DNA of 64,000 bases from an uncultured delta proteobacterium (lineage in GTDB: Bacteria; Desulfobacterota; Syntrophia; Syntrophales; UBA2185): assembly GCA_963729715.1 (NCBI GenBank), contig CAVSPA010000007.1, positions 192,001 through 256,000 of the forward strand, written 5' to 3'. The first letter of the stretch is position 1, and each line of letters opens with the position of its first letter. This document shows positions 37,639 to 47,666 of the stretch, piece by piece. Below the pieces are notes generated by a model. That model did no database searches. It was not told where the DNA came from and saw nothing but the letters and a program-made list of their open reading frames with translations. Made by a program: the position numbers and the translations under genes.

Positions 37639-38670
37639 ATGAGAAATTTTGGGGTTGGAAAAAATCTGGATAATTTAATTGTTCGCAAGATCGCCGAGCA
37701 TGTATGTTCCGCGCGGGGTAACGGCACGGCATCGGAGAATAAGATTGTCTCCGCCTTAAAGGATTTCGCCGGCTTCCTCCGTTCCGAATACCAGATCAGA
37801 GACCTGCAAAAGGTGACCCAGGAACACTATAACGCATACGCCGATAATCTGAAGATGGAACTGGAGAACGGAGAAAAGGAATCGTCAACGACGTCAAGTT
37901 ATATCGCTTTGATCAACTCCATCTTCGAGGTTTACGGCAGTAGCAACCATATATCTGCAAAGGAATATGGAATCGCACGCGGACATCATTATGGCAATGT
38001 CGATAAATCCGCATCCGACGAGGTATATAAGGCTGTACTGAACGAACTCAGAGAGCGGTTCTCGGAAACAGACGATATAAAATACCGAGCACTCGCGCAT
38101 TCCATCACATTGCAAAGAGACGGCGGATTGCGGTTTCGGGAAAGCACGCAGATCAAGATCCACAATAATGACTTTACAGATAACACAGTATCTCTACAAC
38201 GTGGTGACGGCGTGAAGAACGGCCAGCCGCGCGAATTCCAGGTCCGGGATATCTCCGCATTTCTAAAAGCTCAAGAGTTTGTGCGTGCACATGCCCATTG
38301 GTTCGAAAGAGGTTCATTGATACCCTCGGACATGAACTACAATGAATATCGGGATTTTGCCTATAACACATTGCGCAGCATAAACGAGAGCATCGGATCT
38401 ACGCAGGGGTTTCATGCGTTCAGGCACTCGTTCGCCCATGAAAGCTATACTTCGAAATGGGAAGAAATGACAGGGCGTGAAGTAAAGTGTCCCGTTGAGG
38501 TTGGAAAGTTCGGCAATGAGTGGCGGGAATATGCGGCATCGGAAACTGGCCTCTCGAAAGAGGAAGTCAGAAAGCTGGACAAGGAAATACGTCTCGCCGT
38601 TGGCGAGGAACTTGGGCATCACCGAATCGACATCACGAATGCCTATCTCGGAGGCCATCATGGCAGGTAA
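37639..38670 (+). CDS. Second tyrosine recombinase (Integrase_1-type integrase-domain protein)
   Basis: GLRFRE, KNG, HAFRH, ELGH and AYLG give a complete R-K-H-R-H-Y set; MRNFG start with GAGAGGTG RBS. Confidence 0.88.
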   Translation: MRNFGVGKNLDNLIVRKIAEHVCSARGNGTASENKIVSALKDFAGFLRSEYQIRDLQKVTQEHYNAYADNLKMELENGEKESSTTSSYIALINSIFEVYGSSNHISAKEYGIARGHHYGNVDKSASDEVYKAVLNELRERFSETDDIKYRALAHSITLQRDGGLRFRESTQIKIHNNDFTDNTVSLQRGDGVKNGQPREFQVRDISAFLKAQEFVRAHAHWFERGSLIPSDMNYNEYRDFAYNTLRSINESIGSTQGFHAFRHSFAHESYTSKWEEMTGREVKCPVEVGKFGNEWREYAASETGLSKEEVRKLDKEIRLAVGEELGHHRIDITNAYLGGHHGR

Positions 38671-38703
38671 TGAGATGTTGATATTTGACTCGATGGAGGA
38701 AGC

Positions 38704-38931
38704 ATGCAAAAAAAAACAAATCAGCAGTTAAGCGACTTACCGCAAATAGGCTTACTAAGGCTCTCGCAAGTGCTTCTATTCATTCCCGTCTCTCCTTCAA
38801 CATGGTGGGCAGGATGTCGAGATGGCCGGTTTCCTAAACCTATTCGGTTATCAAAGCGCGTAACAGCGTGGAAGGCTGGAGATATTCGTGCATTGATCGA
38901 AGGACATACTGATTTTTCAGAAAAAGGATGA
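38704..38931 (+). CDS. alpA: AlpA family regulator/excisionase-like protein
   Basis: LRLSQVL, STWWAG, GRFPKPIRL and TAW motifs. Confidence 0.92.
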   Translation: MQKKTNQQLSDLPQIGLLRLSQVLLFIPVSPSTWWAGCRDGRFPKPIRLSKRVTAWKAGDIRALIEGHTDFSEKG

Positions 38932-38969
38932 TGACCCCGGACCTCTTTCATAAAACCAACCCAACTATC

Positions 38970-40187
38970 TTATCCCTTCACCGCCTTGAACGGTACCACC
39001 ACGGCCCCGGCCTTCAACCCGTCCAGATAATCAGCCCACGTCTGCATCATCTTCCGGCGTTTGGCAAGGTGGGCAGTCCGATTGTAGGCCCGTCCGTTCG
39101 GATCTCTCACAGCATGTGCCAGCTGATGTTCTATGTAGTCCGGCCTCACCTGCAGGACTTCATCAAGAATCGTTCGTGCCATTGCTCGGAATCCGTGCCC
39201 GGTCATGGTGTCCTTGTAGTATCCCATGCGGCGCAGAGCAGCAAGTATTGCGTTATTGGACATTGGCCTTGAAAATGATCGCGCTGAAGGGAATACATAG
39301 CGACCGGCACCTGTGAGGGGTTGCAGCTCTCGGAGAATTTCAACAGCCTGATGTGACAGGGGTACAAGGTGGGGCTCTTTCATTTTCATCTTGTGCGCCG
39401 GAATATTCCAAGCGGCTTCATCAAGGTCAATTTCCGCCCACTCTGCATGTCTCAGTTCCCCGGGACGGACAAAAAGCATCGGCGCAAGACGCAAAGCGCA
39501 CTTCACAACAAAATGCCCCTGGTAACCGTCTATGGCTCTCAGAAGGGGCGCCACTTCTTTGGGATCGGTTATCGCTGCATGGTGTCTTTCATTTGGTTGT
39601 GGCAATGCTCCTCTTAGATCGGCTACCGGGTCACGCTCTGCCCTTCCCGTAGCAACAGCATATCGGAAAATCTGACCAAGCAGGCCTCGCATCCTGTGCG
39701 CCGTTTCCAATGTCCCCCGGCTTTCGATTCGGCGTAAGACTGCCAGTAATTCAGGTGCCTTCAGTTTTTTGATCGGGCGTGTGCCAAGCCATGGGAATAA
39801 ATCTCGTTCCAAAGCACTTAAGAGTTTCTCGGCATATCCTGGCGTCCAGGTGGGAGTAAATTTTGTATGCCATTCACGGGTTATGACTTCGAACGTTTCT
39901 GTTTCCGAGGTCTCTGCCTGTTTCTGGGCCTTGCGGACGGCGCCGGGATCGATGCCGTGGGCTATCTGCCCTCGGGCTTCATCACGTCTTTGCCTGGCAT
40001 CGGCAAGGCTGATTTCAGGATAGGTCCCAAGGGCAAGCAGTTTTTCTTTTCCATCGAAACGATATTTCAGTCTAAAGTATTTCCCTCCCTGTGGAGTAAC
40101 CAAGAGGAAAAGACCGTCACCATCAAATAATTTTTTCTGCTTACCTGACGGCTTAGAAGTACGAATCTTTATGTCGCTCAGTGCCAT
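38970..40187 (-). CDS. P4/CP4-type integrase with arm-binding N-terminal domain
   Basis: DGDGL, LGTYPEISLADAR, RPGE, HGFR, QLAH and AYNR motifs. Confidence 0.97.
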   Translation of the reverse strand: MALSDIKIRTSKPSGKQKKLFDGDGLFLLVTPQGGKYFRLKYRFDGKEKLLALGTYPEISLADARQRRDEARGQIAHGIDPGAVRKAQKQAETSETETFEVITREWHTKFTPTWTPGYAEKLLSALERDLFPWLGTRPIKKLKAPELLAVLRRIESRGTLETAHRMRGLLGQIFRYAVATGRAERDPVADLRGALPQPNERHHAAITDPKEVAPLLRAIDGYQGHFVVKCALRLAPMLFVRPGELRHAEWAEIDLDEAAWNIPAHKMKMKEPHLVPLSHQAVEILRELQPLTGAGRYVFPSARSFSRPMSNNAILAALRRMGYYKDTMTGHGFRAMARTILDEVLQVRPDYIEHQLAHAVRDPNGRAYNRTAHLAKRRKMMQTWADYLDGLKAGAVVVPFKAVKG

Positions 40188-40368
40188 AAAGGATTTCCTC
40201 CATTTTTGGGGGTATTTTTTTTATCGTGGGGGTATATTTCACTAAAATGTACCCCCAAATACCCCGGATTTTGATATACCTTATAGCACGTCCTTGGACA
40301 AATGGCAATAAAAAACCCGCTATTTCTAACGGGTTTTCTACTTCCTCGCACTTCCTCGGATTATGTCT

Positions 40369-40444
40369 TGGTGGAGATGAGGGGGATCGAACCCCTGACC
40401 TCGGCATTGCGAACGCCGCGCTCTCCCAGTTGAGCTACATCCCC
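40369..40444 (-). tRNA. tRNA-Ala (anticodon CGC)
   Basis: 76-nt cloverleaf GGGGATG...CATCTCCACCA with G3:U70, CGGCG-TTCGCAA-TGCCG anticodon arm and GTTCGA T-loop. Confidence 0.97.
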
Positions 40445-40548
40445 ACTTTCTTTCACAGCCGGTCTCACGTGAGAACCGGTCTGTGTAGGCGATAATATAC
40501 GATGCCGGCGATACCTGTCAAGCAATAGTTAAGAAAGGGCTTTTCACC

Positions 40549-40577
40549 TTGACAAACATATGGCCTTTTCCTATACT
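40549..40577 (+). promoter_or_regulatory. Sigma70-type promoter for the pilT operon
   Basis: TTGACA-17 nt-TATACT. Confidence 0.6.
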
Positions 40578-40730
40578 CCGATGACGCCGGATTGAAATCC
40601 GCAAACTTTACTAAAGTAAAATTCCATTCTCCCGATACTTCTATAAGATTCCTAAACTCGATCATGAGAAGATCGAAGATGTACCTGCTCTACACGAACT
40701 TATATTTCACGACGACCAAGGAGACTGTTT

Positions 40731-41813
40731 ATGGCAAAGATTGATGCCTTCTTCCAGTTGATGCATGACCAAGGCGCATCAGACCTGCATTTAGTATCAG
40801 GCCAGCAGCCGGTCCTCAGGATAAGAGGTGAGATGGAACGGGTAAAGTTCAACGTGCTTAATAATGATGAACTCAAAGCCATACTCTATGAAATTGCGCC
40901 GGAGCACAAGGTCAAGCAATTTGAGGAAACAGGAGATGTGGATTTCGCATACGAAATTCCCAACCTTGCCAGGTACAGGGCCAATTTCTTCTCGCAGAAA
41001 TTCGGAGTGGCTGCAGTTTTTAGGGAAATCCCCAGCAGGATTATGACATGTCAGGACCTGGGACTGCCGCCGGTGCTTTCGAAACTGGCCACCCTGCCGA
41101 GAGGACTTGTCTTGGTCACGGGTCCGACAGGATGCGGAAAATCAACGACCCTCGCCGCCATCATTGACGAGGCAAACCGCATGCGAAAGGATCATATCAT
41201 CACGATTGAAGATCCCATCGAGTTTGTCCACCACAGTGAGGGCTGCATTATAAATCACAGGGAGGTCGGACTCCATACCAAAAGTTTTTCAGCGGCTCTT
41301 CGCGGAGCGCTACGCGAGGACCCCGATATAATTCTCGTCGGCGAGATGCGGGATCTGGAAACCATATCTCTTGCCGTAGAAGCGGCCAACACGGGGCATC
41401 TCGTTTTTTCCACCCTCCATACCAACAGCGCTGCCAGAACCGTTGACCGGATCATTGAGGTCTTCCCGGCAGAGGAACAGATGCAGATACGGTCCACGCT
41501 GGCGGACGGCATACGAGCGGTTATTTCCCAGGTTCTCTTCAAGCGGACTGACAGGAAGGGGCGCTGTGTCGCCCTGGAGATAATGATCGCCAATTCGGCA
41601 GTTCGCAATCTCATACGGGAATCCAAGTCCTTCCAGATTCCTTCGATGATACAGACGGGCAGAAAGTACGGCATGCAGTTACTCGACAACTCGATCTGGG
41701 AACTTTACAATAGGGGATGGATAGGCGCCGACGATGCTTATATGAAGGCCAACGATAAGACAAGATTCAGGCCTCTCTTGAAAGCGCCGCCGCTTGACTT
41801 TACGGAAGCATGA
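40731..41813 (+). CDS. pilT: Type IV pilus retraction ATPase
   Basis: GPTGCGKST, EDPIE, LREDPD, GEMRD, STLHT and AVRNLIRE motifs. Confidence 0.95.
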   Translation: MAKIDAFFQLMHDQGASDLHLVSGQQPVLRIRGEMERVKFNVLNNDELKAILYEIAPEHKVKQFEETGDVDFAYEIPNLARYRANFFSQKFGVAAVFREIPSRIMTCQDLGLPPVLSKLATLPRGLVLVTGPTGCGKSTTLAAIIDEANRMRKDHIITIEDPIEFVHHSEGCIINHREVGLHTKSFSAALRGALREDPDIILVGEMRDLETISLAVEAANTGHLVFSTLHTNSAARTVDRIIEVFPAEEQMQIRSTLADGIRAVISQVLFKRTDRKGRCVALEIMIANSAVRNLIRESKSFQIPSMIQTGRKYGMQLLDNSIWELYNRGWIGADDAYMKANDKTRFRPLLKAPPLDFTEA

Positions 41814-41874
41814 AAATCGGGTCGCGGTTACAGGTACCGTACCGTGTTAGACTTTATATCCCGAGGAAGAAACC

Positions 41875-43050
41875 ATGAGAAAACAGGAAATAGATTATAT
41901 ACTGACAAAGATGCTGGATTCCCAGAAAAACGTGTCTGACCTGAACATCACCGTAGGCAAGCCATTCCAGGTAGAAACCTCAGGAGTGTTAACCGTAGCG
42001 GAGTTTGACCCTCTTTTTGAAAAACTGACCCCTTTCCAGACGGAAGTCTTTGCCCTGAACCTCATTAATCAGGACCGCCGGCTGACGGAGCTGCTTGTTA
42101 ACGAAGGTTCATGCGATTTGTCTTACGAACTGCCGGGAAAGGCACGCTTCAGGGTAAATGTATTTTCGCAGAAGGGCAATTATTCCGTAGCCCTTCGGAA
42201 ACTGGAATCTAAAATACCCACGTGTAAGGAATTGAATCTGCCTGACGCCTTTTATCAAATGGCCCAGGAGCAGAACGGGATTATCCTCGTAACAGGCGCC
42301 ACGGGAACAGGCAAGACCACATCCCTTGCCGCCGTATTGAATGAGATGAATGAACAGAAATCAATCCATATCATCACTCTTGAAGACCCTGTCGAATACG
42401 CGCATCCTCATAAGATGGCTACCTTTAACCAGAGAGAATTGGGCACGGATTTTGACACCTTTGGGAGCGGACTTCGGGCCGCTCTCAGGCAGGCGCCCAA
42501 GGTGATTCTGGTCGGCGAGATGAGAGACAGGGAGACCGTGGAGATAGCCCTCAGCGCCGCAGAAACAGGACATCTGGTTCTGACTACTCTCCATACGGTT
42601 GACGCAGGACAGACTGTCAATCGCATCCTCGGCATGTTTGCTGCAGAAGAGGAAACCCAGGTGCGCATACGCCTTGCCGACACGGTCCGGTGGATCGTCT
42701 GCCAGCGGCTTCTGCCGCGGGAGGACGGAGGTCGCGTTGCGGCCTTCGAGGTAATGGGCACCAACATGCGCGTCAGGGACACCATTCTGCACGGCGAAGA
42801 AGATGGGAAAACCTTTCACGACATCATCCTGGCCGGCAAAGCCTTCGGCATGGTTACATTCGACGATTACATCGTTGATCTCTATAAACAGGGTTTTATC
42901 AGCGAAGAGACCGCCAAGGCCTATGCGTCCAATAAGGGAGCGGTGGGCCGCGGCATAGATGCTGTAAAGAGTGAAAGGGGACAGAAGACTACAGATATCC
43001 TAGGCAAGCTCGAGGTCGACAAACAATACGGAAAATTCAGGAAACGCTGA
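41875..43050 (+). CDS. PilT/PilU family ATPase
   Basis: GATGTGKT, EDPVE, GEMRD and GHLVLTTLHT motifs. Confidence 0.92.
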   Translation: MRKQEIDYILTKMLDSQKNVSDLNITVGKPFQVETSGVLTVAEFDPLFEKLTPFQTEVFALNLINQDRRLTELLVNEGSCDLSYELPGKARFRVNVFSQKGNYSVALRKLESKIPTCKELNLPDAFYQMAQEQNGIILVTGATGTGKTTSLAAVLNEMNEQKSIHIITLEDPVEYAHPHKMATFNQRELGTDFDTFGSGLRAALRQAPKVILVGEMRDRETVEIALSAAETGHLVLTTLHTVDAGQTVNRILGMFAAEEETQVRIRLADTVRWIVCQRLLPREDGGRVAAFEVMGTNMRVRDTILHGEEDGKTFHDIILAGKAFGMVTFDDYIVDLYKQGFISEETAKAYASNKGAVGRGIDAVKSERGQKTTDILGKLEVDKQYGKFRKR

Positions 43051-43070
43051 GAGGAGGCGAATAAAGCGCC

Positions 43071-43586
43071 ATGGAAAAAGATAAGACTTTATTCAATGAA
43101 GAAGAATCATACGAATACGATGCCTCCGACAAACCATTCGATTTCGTGGAAGTGGGAATTGGGACAGCATTGGTCTGCGAATCAGATCCCGCCGCGAGAG
43201 AAAAAATCAGCAGCGCCCTGAGGGCCATGGGTTATCAGATTACGGAACCTGCCTCTATAAAAGAGGCGATCAAAAATATGCGGTTCCACATTTATGATGT
43301 GGTTATATTAAACGAGAATTTTGACACGGAAAACCCCGATACCAATATAGTACTGAATTCCCTCGCCAATCTTAACGTAGGCACGAGAAGACAGATTTTC
43401 GTGGCCCTGCTGAGCAGCAGGTTCCGCACTATGGACAACATGACCGCCTTCAATAAGAGTGTAAATATTATCATCAACATAAAGAACATAGATGATATCG
43501 ATACCATTCTCAAGCGTAGCCTCACCGACAATACAGCCTTTTACCACGTCTTCAAAGAAGCCCTTAAAAAGAAAGGGCGGGTCTGA
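43071..43586 (+). CDS. Conserved hypothetical protein (receiver-like fold), co-transcribed with the pilT genes
   Basis: Long ORF with GAGGAGG RBS; FRTMDNMTAF motif. Confidence 0.7.
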   Translation: MEKDKTLFNEEESYEYDASDKPFDFVEVGIGTALVCESDPAAREKISSALRAMGYQITEPASIKEAIKNMRFHIYDVVILNENFDTENPDTNIVLNSLANLNVGTRRQIFVALLSSRFRTMDNMTAFNKSVNIIINIKNIDDIDTILKRSLTDNTAFYHVFKEALKKKGRV

Positions 43587-43681
43587 TTTCTTTTCTTACG
43601 ATCCCGCAAGAAATTTCACACCAGTTGAAGATGGACTGTTCTCAAGAAAGTCATGAAGGAGGGTAACTTCTCATGAATTCG

Positions 43682-44629
43682 TCATTTCAGGGATTCGGCC
43701 TGATGGTAAATTTTTTCTGCCTGATCGGAAAGGCCAAGCGCGGCATAGGAATCTGCAAGACGGACATAATAGAATGGATTGCGAGGATCGGCGGCAATCG
43801 CTTTTTTGAAAACCTCGATCGCCAAGCTGTGGTGATTCCCCCGGGCGAGAGTATTCCCAAACCTGTTGTAGTAAGCAGCCGCCGAAGTACGATGAAGATC
43901 GACGGCCTTTTCATAGACGCCGTGAGCGTCGTCAATCTTTCCGCGTTTCACAAGGACATCGCCAAGACCGCAGTGGTACATGGGATCATCAAATCGGAAT
44001 TCGAGACACTTTCTGAAGGCCTTCTCTGCCCGCTCGTCATGCCCCCCACTGCAATATACATTCGCGAGCCTGTTATAGAAAGTGCCTGCCTCTGACGGGT
44101 CAATCTCGACTGCTCTTCCGTATGCTGACTCTGCGCCGTCAAAGTCCCCTGTCTGGACGAGGGCATTTCCGAGACTGCAATATGTTGCTGAAGCATCCGG
44201 TTCCATTTCCGCCATTTTTCTAAACACCCTGACAGACTCGGCGGCCTTGCCCGCCTTGAGATAGGCATCACCAAGATCATTGAGAAGAGCTGTATCATCC
44301 GGTTGAGCCGCCACCGCTCTCTCGCAGATACCAAGAAGACGCTCATAATCCCCTCTTTCCTTAAAGATCCTTACAAGCTCATCGAAGGCGAACCCGGTAA
44401 AAACTTTGCGCTCGAGTTCAACGTTGAGGAGGCATTCAAAGCAGGCGATCGCATCATCGAGTCTTCCGCTGTCATGATAGGCCCAGGCCAATGAAAGAAG
44501 AAAGGAATCTTCACCCGGATGCATTTCAACTAATTTCTGATAAAGCAGGATCGCATCATCGTACCTCTTTGCTTCCACGAATTCATCAGCAAGGTAACGG
44601 AAATAATCCGCCTTCCTTTCCTCAGTCAT
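43682..44629 (-). CDS. Tetratricopeptide repeat protein
   Basis: Repeated LG/A..Y...G..D.A...Y.KA...DP TPR pattern. Confidence 0.9.
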   Translation of the reverse strand: MTEERKADYFRYLADEFVEAKRYDDAILLYQKLVEMHPGEDSFLLSLAWAYHDSGRLDDAIACFECLLNVELERKVFTGFAFDELVRIFKERGDYERLLGICERAVAAQPDDTALLNDLGDAYLKAGKAAESVRVFRKMAEMEPDASATYCSLGNALVQTGDFDGAESAYGRAVEIDPSEAGTFYNRLANVYCSGGHDERAEKAFRKCLEFRFDDPMYHCGLGDVLVKRGKIDDAHGVYEKAVDLHRTSAAAYYNRFGNTLARGNHHSLAIEVFKKAIAADPRNPFYYVRLADSYAALGLSDQAEKIYHQAESLK

Positions 44630-44644
44630 AGGCCTCCTGCTATC

Positions 44645-44959
44645 TTAACAACTGCATGACCTTCCACATGAACTGCCGGCATCCAAGCTGGACGTCAGTC
44701 TGAAACCGGATCCTTGCGGTGTGGTCACAAAATCTACTGCAATCGGTTTAGCCAACTCAAGCACTTCTTTGTTGATTATGAAGGTCAACCCGTCTTTCTT
44801 AAACGTTTCATCGCCTTCTTTTGGCTCATCCAGAGCCATGCCCAGGGAGGGCCCCGATCACCCACCCTCATTCATCATGATCCTGATGATATGTTCTTCA
44901 CTCCTATCTTTGAGGAAGTCTTGAATCATCTCGACTGCTTTTTCCGAAACTTCAAACAT
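44645..44959 (-). CDS. HesB/IscA-like selenoprotein (in-frame UGA at codon 34)
   Basis: MFEVSEKA...EGG-U-SGPSLGMALDEP; AGGAG RBS; SECIS-like hairpin at 44822-44838. Confidence 0.85.
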
Positions 44960-45181
44960 TGTGTGCTCCTTTCACATTTGCTGCCCTGTTGGCGGCTTAT
45001 TGCGATATAACCTATACACTTAAACCATTTTGTCAAATGATATTTTATATCTTGGAGGCCTGTGATCAATAGGGGGGAAACGCAAATTTATGATTGACAC
45101 GCGGCTGATGCTTGCCTATATACTACTTTGTCATTCCGCCGGTAAAGCAGAATAAAGTATTTTCTATGGAGGTAAGCCGTG

Positions 45182-45772
45182 ATGTCTGAATCTTCTCCTT
45201 ACCACGACACATCCTGCCGTTATTTCCATAAGCCAGGAAGGACAAATACGAAGGGAGTCCTTGAAGCCGTCTCGAGGAGGGCCAGGGAGCTTTCCATAGG
45301 AAGGGTACTGATCGCCACGGTGAGCGGACGAACTGCCTTTGAAGCCTTGAAGATTCTTGACAAAGACATCAAGATCATCGCCGTTAGCCATGTCACGGGA
45401 TACGCGAAACCCGACATTCAGGAACTGGACGAAAAGGACAGACGGGAATTGGAATCTCAGGGTGTCAAAGTTCTTACCGGCCAGCACGCTTTCGGCGGAG
45501 TCGGCCGCGGTGTGAGGAACAAGCTTGACACTTATCAGGTAGATGAAATTATGGCCCACACACTTCGCGTATTTGGTCAGGGCGTAAAGGTCGCAATTGA
45601 AGTGACGTTGATGGCCGCAGATGCCGGTCTTGTAAGAACTGACGAAGATGTAATATCCTTGGGAGGAAGCGCTCAAGGTGTCGACGCTGCGCTGCTTCTC
45701 AAACCTGCTAACAGCGCCCGTTTCTTTGATCTGAAAGTGAGGGAAGTGATCTGCAAACCAGCGGTGTTTTGA
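45182..45772 (+). CDS. Pyruvate kinase alpha/beta-domain-like conserved protein
   Basis: YFxKPGxxNT, GQGVKVAIE, MAADAG and REVICKP motifs. Confidence 0.85.
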   Translation: MSESSPYHDTSCRYFHKPGRTNTKGVLEAVSRRARELSIGRVLIATVSGRTAFEALKILDKDIKIIAVSHVTGYAKPDIQELDEKDRRELESQGVKVLTGQHAFGGVGRGVRNKLDTYQVDEIMAHTLRVFGQGVKVAIEVTLMAADAGLVRTDEDVISLGGSAQGVDAALLLKPANSARFFDLKVREVICKPAVF

Positions 45773-45790
45773 TTTGAAAGGAGAGGAACG

Positions 45791-47485
45791 ATGAAGAAGC
45801 TGCTCGCTGCAATTTTCGGTATGACATTACTGTGGCCTGTCCTGTCTCTGGCCGAAAATTATACAGTCAAAGGAGATATGGGGTCGAGTATCCGCTATGA
45901 ACTTCAGGAACAGGTCACGGCCGGCGGAGGCATCCAGAAGATGGTTCTTAGCTTTGTAGTGCCCCAGAGCTTCCAATCGCCAACATCTCGTCAGGAGATC
46001 AAAGAGTTCGGCCTCGCCTTTTCCCCTGAACCGCAAGACAAGAAGAATACCACCGACGGGCGCGGCAATCAGATCGTCGTGGCAACGTGGATAAGACCTC
46101 CGGATGTCATAGATGTGCGCCTTTTCTGCAACGCTCAAAGTGAGACGAAACTCCCTGCCCTCTCAACGCAGGATCCGTTTCCTCCTGCAGGAGTGAAGCC
46201 GGAACTAATGGCTTATCTTAAACCGACGGAGCAGGTGCAGTCCAATAACCCCCGTATTCGCGAACTCGCGTCGCAACTTACAGCGAATGTCAAGACTGAG
46301 TTTGACGCGGTGCAGCGTGTCATCGCCTGGATAGTGGATCATGTTCATTACGTGACCCCTCCTGCCAGATATGACGCAGTTTATTCGTTGGAATCCGGCA
46401 AGGGTAATTGCCAGAACTTTTCCCATCTGACCGCTGCATTGCTCCGGGCTGTCGGTATACCCGTCCGGATCGTCAATGGTGTCACCTTCAACCAGCCTTT
46501 TGATATCGCATGGCAGAAGGGGACCCTGACCTTCAAAATGGGCCAGGGGCGGCATTCATGGGTTGAGGTCTGGTTTCCGGAGCTCGGCTGGGTGCCTTTT
46601 GACCCCCAAAATACCATGCTCTTCGTGTCTACCCGTTACCTGCGCATAGAGGTCGGTGTCGACAATAATGAAACAAAAAATGATGGGCTTCTCAAGTGGG
46701 CCCAAGTAAAAGATGCGGAGAGGCCCAAACTCCAAGAGAGTATCGCCGGTAATTTCAATAGCGATAAGGTTAATGTGAAGGGAGACCGGCAAACCTATGG
46801 CCCTAAAAACCTCATCCTTTCTCCACTGGTAAAGGCAGAGTTCAAGCAAATCGAAGTGCCCCCGCCCCCGCCGCCTCCTGCTGTAATAACGGATGAGGAG
46901 AAAAAAGGACTTCGGTATGATGTGCCATTTATATACGGCAATTTGGAATTCCCTGAAAACGTGGATTTTGCATTCCCGCGTGTGACAAAAGCCTCAGGGG
47001 TAAATCAATTTGAGATGTCTCGGAACTTCCTCGTGGAGACGGCAGAATATGTAACCACTAACCTCACCCAGTACGCCCAGGTTGTTGTCCTGCGAAAACC
47101 CGTTAGACTCCAGAAGGTCGGTCTGGCACTGCACAAGTTCGGTGGTGACGGCTTGCTCTGGGTTGACATCTTCCATGATGATCAGGGAAAGCCTGGTCAA
47201 CCCATTTCCACAAGCGACTTTGTCAATCTCGATCAGCTCTCTCTTAAACCCGGATATAGATGGGCGGACTTCGATTTCAGCCGGGACAATCCGGTCCTTA
47301 TGCCCGGTTCCTATTGGATCGCCCTCGGTTTTACGGGAAGTCCCATTATCAACTGGTTCTACACATATGGAAAGCCGGTAGGACCTGTCGATGGAACACG
47401 TTACAAGAGCGTGTTCCAGCAAAATTGGAGCGGCGCCCTGAACTATGAATTCAATTACCGGGTGAGTGGTCTCACGGTTAAGTAA
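45791..47485 (+). CDS. Exported transglutaminase-like domain protein
   Basis: Signal peptide; GNCQN (Cys), HSWVEV (His), FDP (Asp); poly-Pro linker. Confidence 0.85.
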   Translation: MKKLLAAIFGMTLLWPVLSLAENYTVKGDMGSSIRYELQEQVTAGGGIQKMVLSFVVPQSFQSPTSRQEIKEFGLAFSPEPQDKKNTTDGRGNQIVVATWIRPPDVIDVRLFCNAQSETKLPALSTQDPFPPAGVKPELMAYLKPTEQVQSNNPRIRELASQLTANVKTEFDAVQRVIAWIVDHVHYVTPPARYDAVYSLESGKGNCQNFSHLTAALLRAVGIPVRIVNGVTFNQPFDIAWQKGTLTFKMGQGRHSWVEVWFPELGWVPFDPQNTMLFVSTRYLRIEVGVDNNETKNDGLLKWAQVKDAERPKLQESIAGNFNSDKVNVKGDRQTYGPKNLILSPLVKAEFKQIEVPPPPPPPAVITDEEKKGLRYDVPFIYGNLEFPENVDFAFPRVTKASGVNQFEMSRNFLVETAEYVTTNLTQYAQVVVLRKPVRLQKVGLALHKFGGDGLLWVDIFHDDQGKPGQPISTSDFVNLDQLSLKPGYRWADFDFSRDNPVLMPGSYWIALGFTGSPIINWFYTYGKPVGPVDGTRYKSVFQQNWSGALNYEFNYRVSGLTVK

Positions 47486-47666
47486 GGGGTCACTTGCACT
47501 GCCGGTTTTCTGAATAAGTTACTGCGACTGCTTTATTAAAACGCAGCGATCAAGAGAGAAAGGAGGTACCAGGTTCAATTAGCAAATGGGTCAATCACGA
47601 GAACTATGAGGTTGTCAGATGGTAAAAGTGGGAGAATCCCAAGACGTAAAAAGGAGAAGGGAAAAA

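Larger units (their letters stand above)
34588..40392. mobile_element. 5.8-kb tRNA-Ala-integrated genomic island
   Basis: 24-bp direct repeats of the tRNA 3' end, P4-type integrase next to the tRNA, AlpA, TACCCCC arm-type repeats at both ends. Confidence 0.9.

Noticed and set aside
38660..38731. -1 frameshift on the A9 run extending AlpA N-terminally
   Set aside because: alpA has its own GGAGG RBS and ATG at 38704 and is of normal length; no evidence for recoding.
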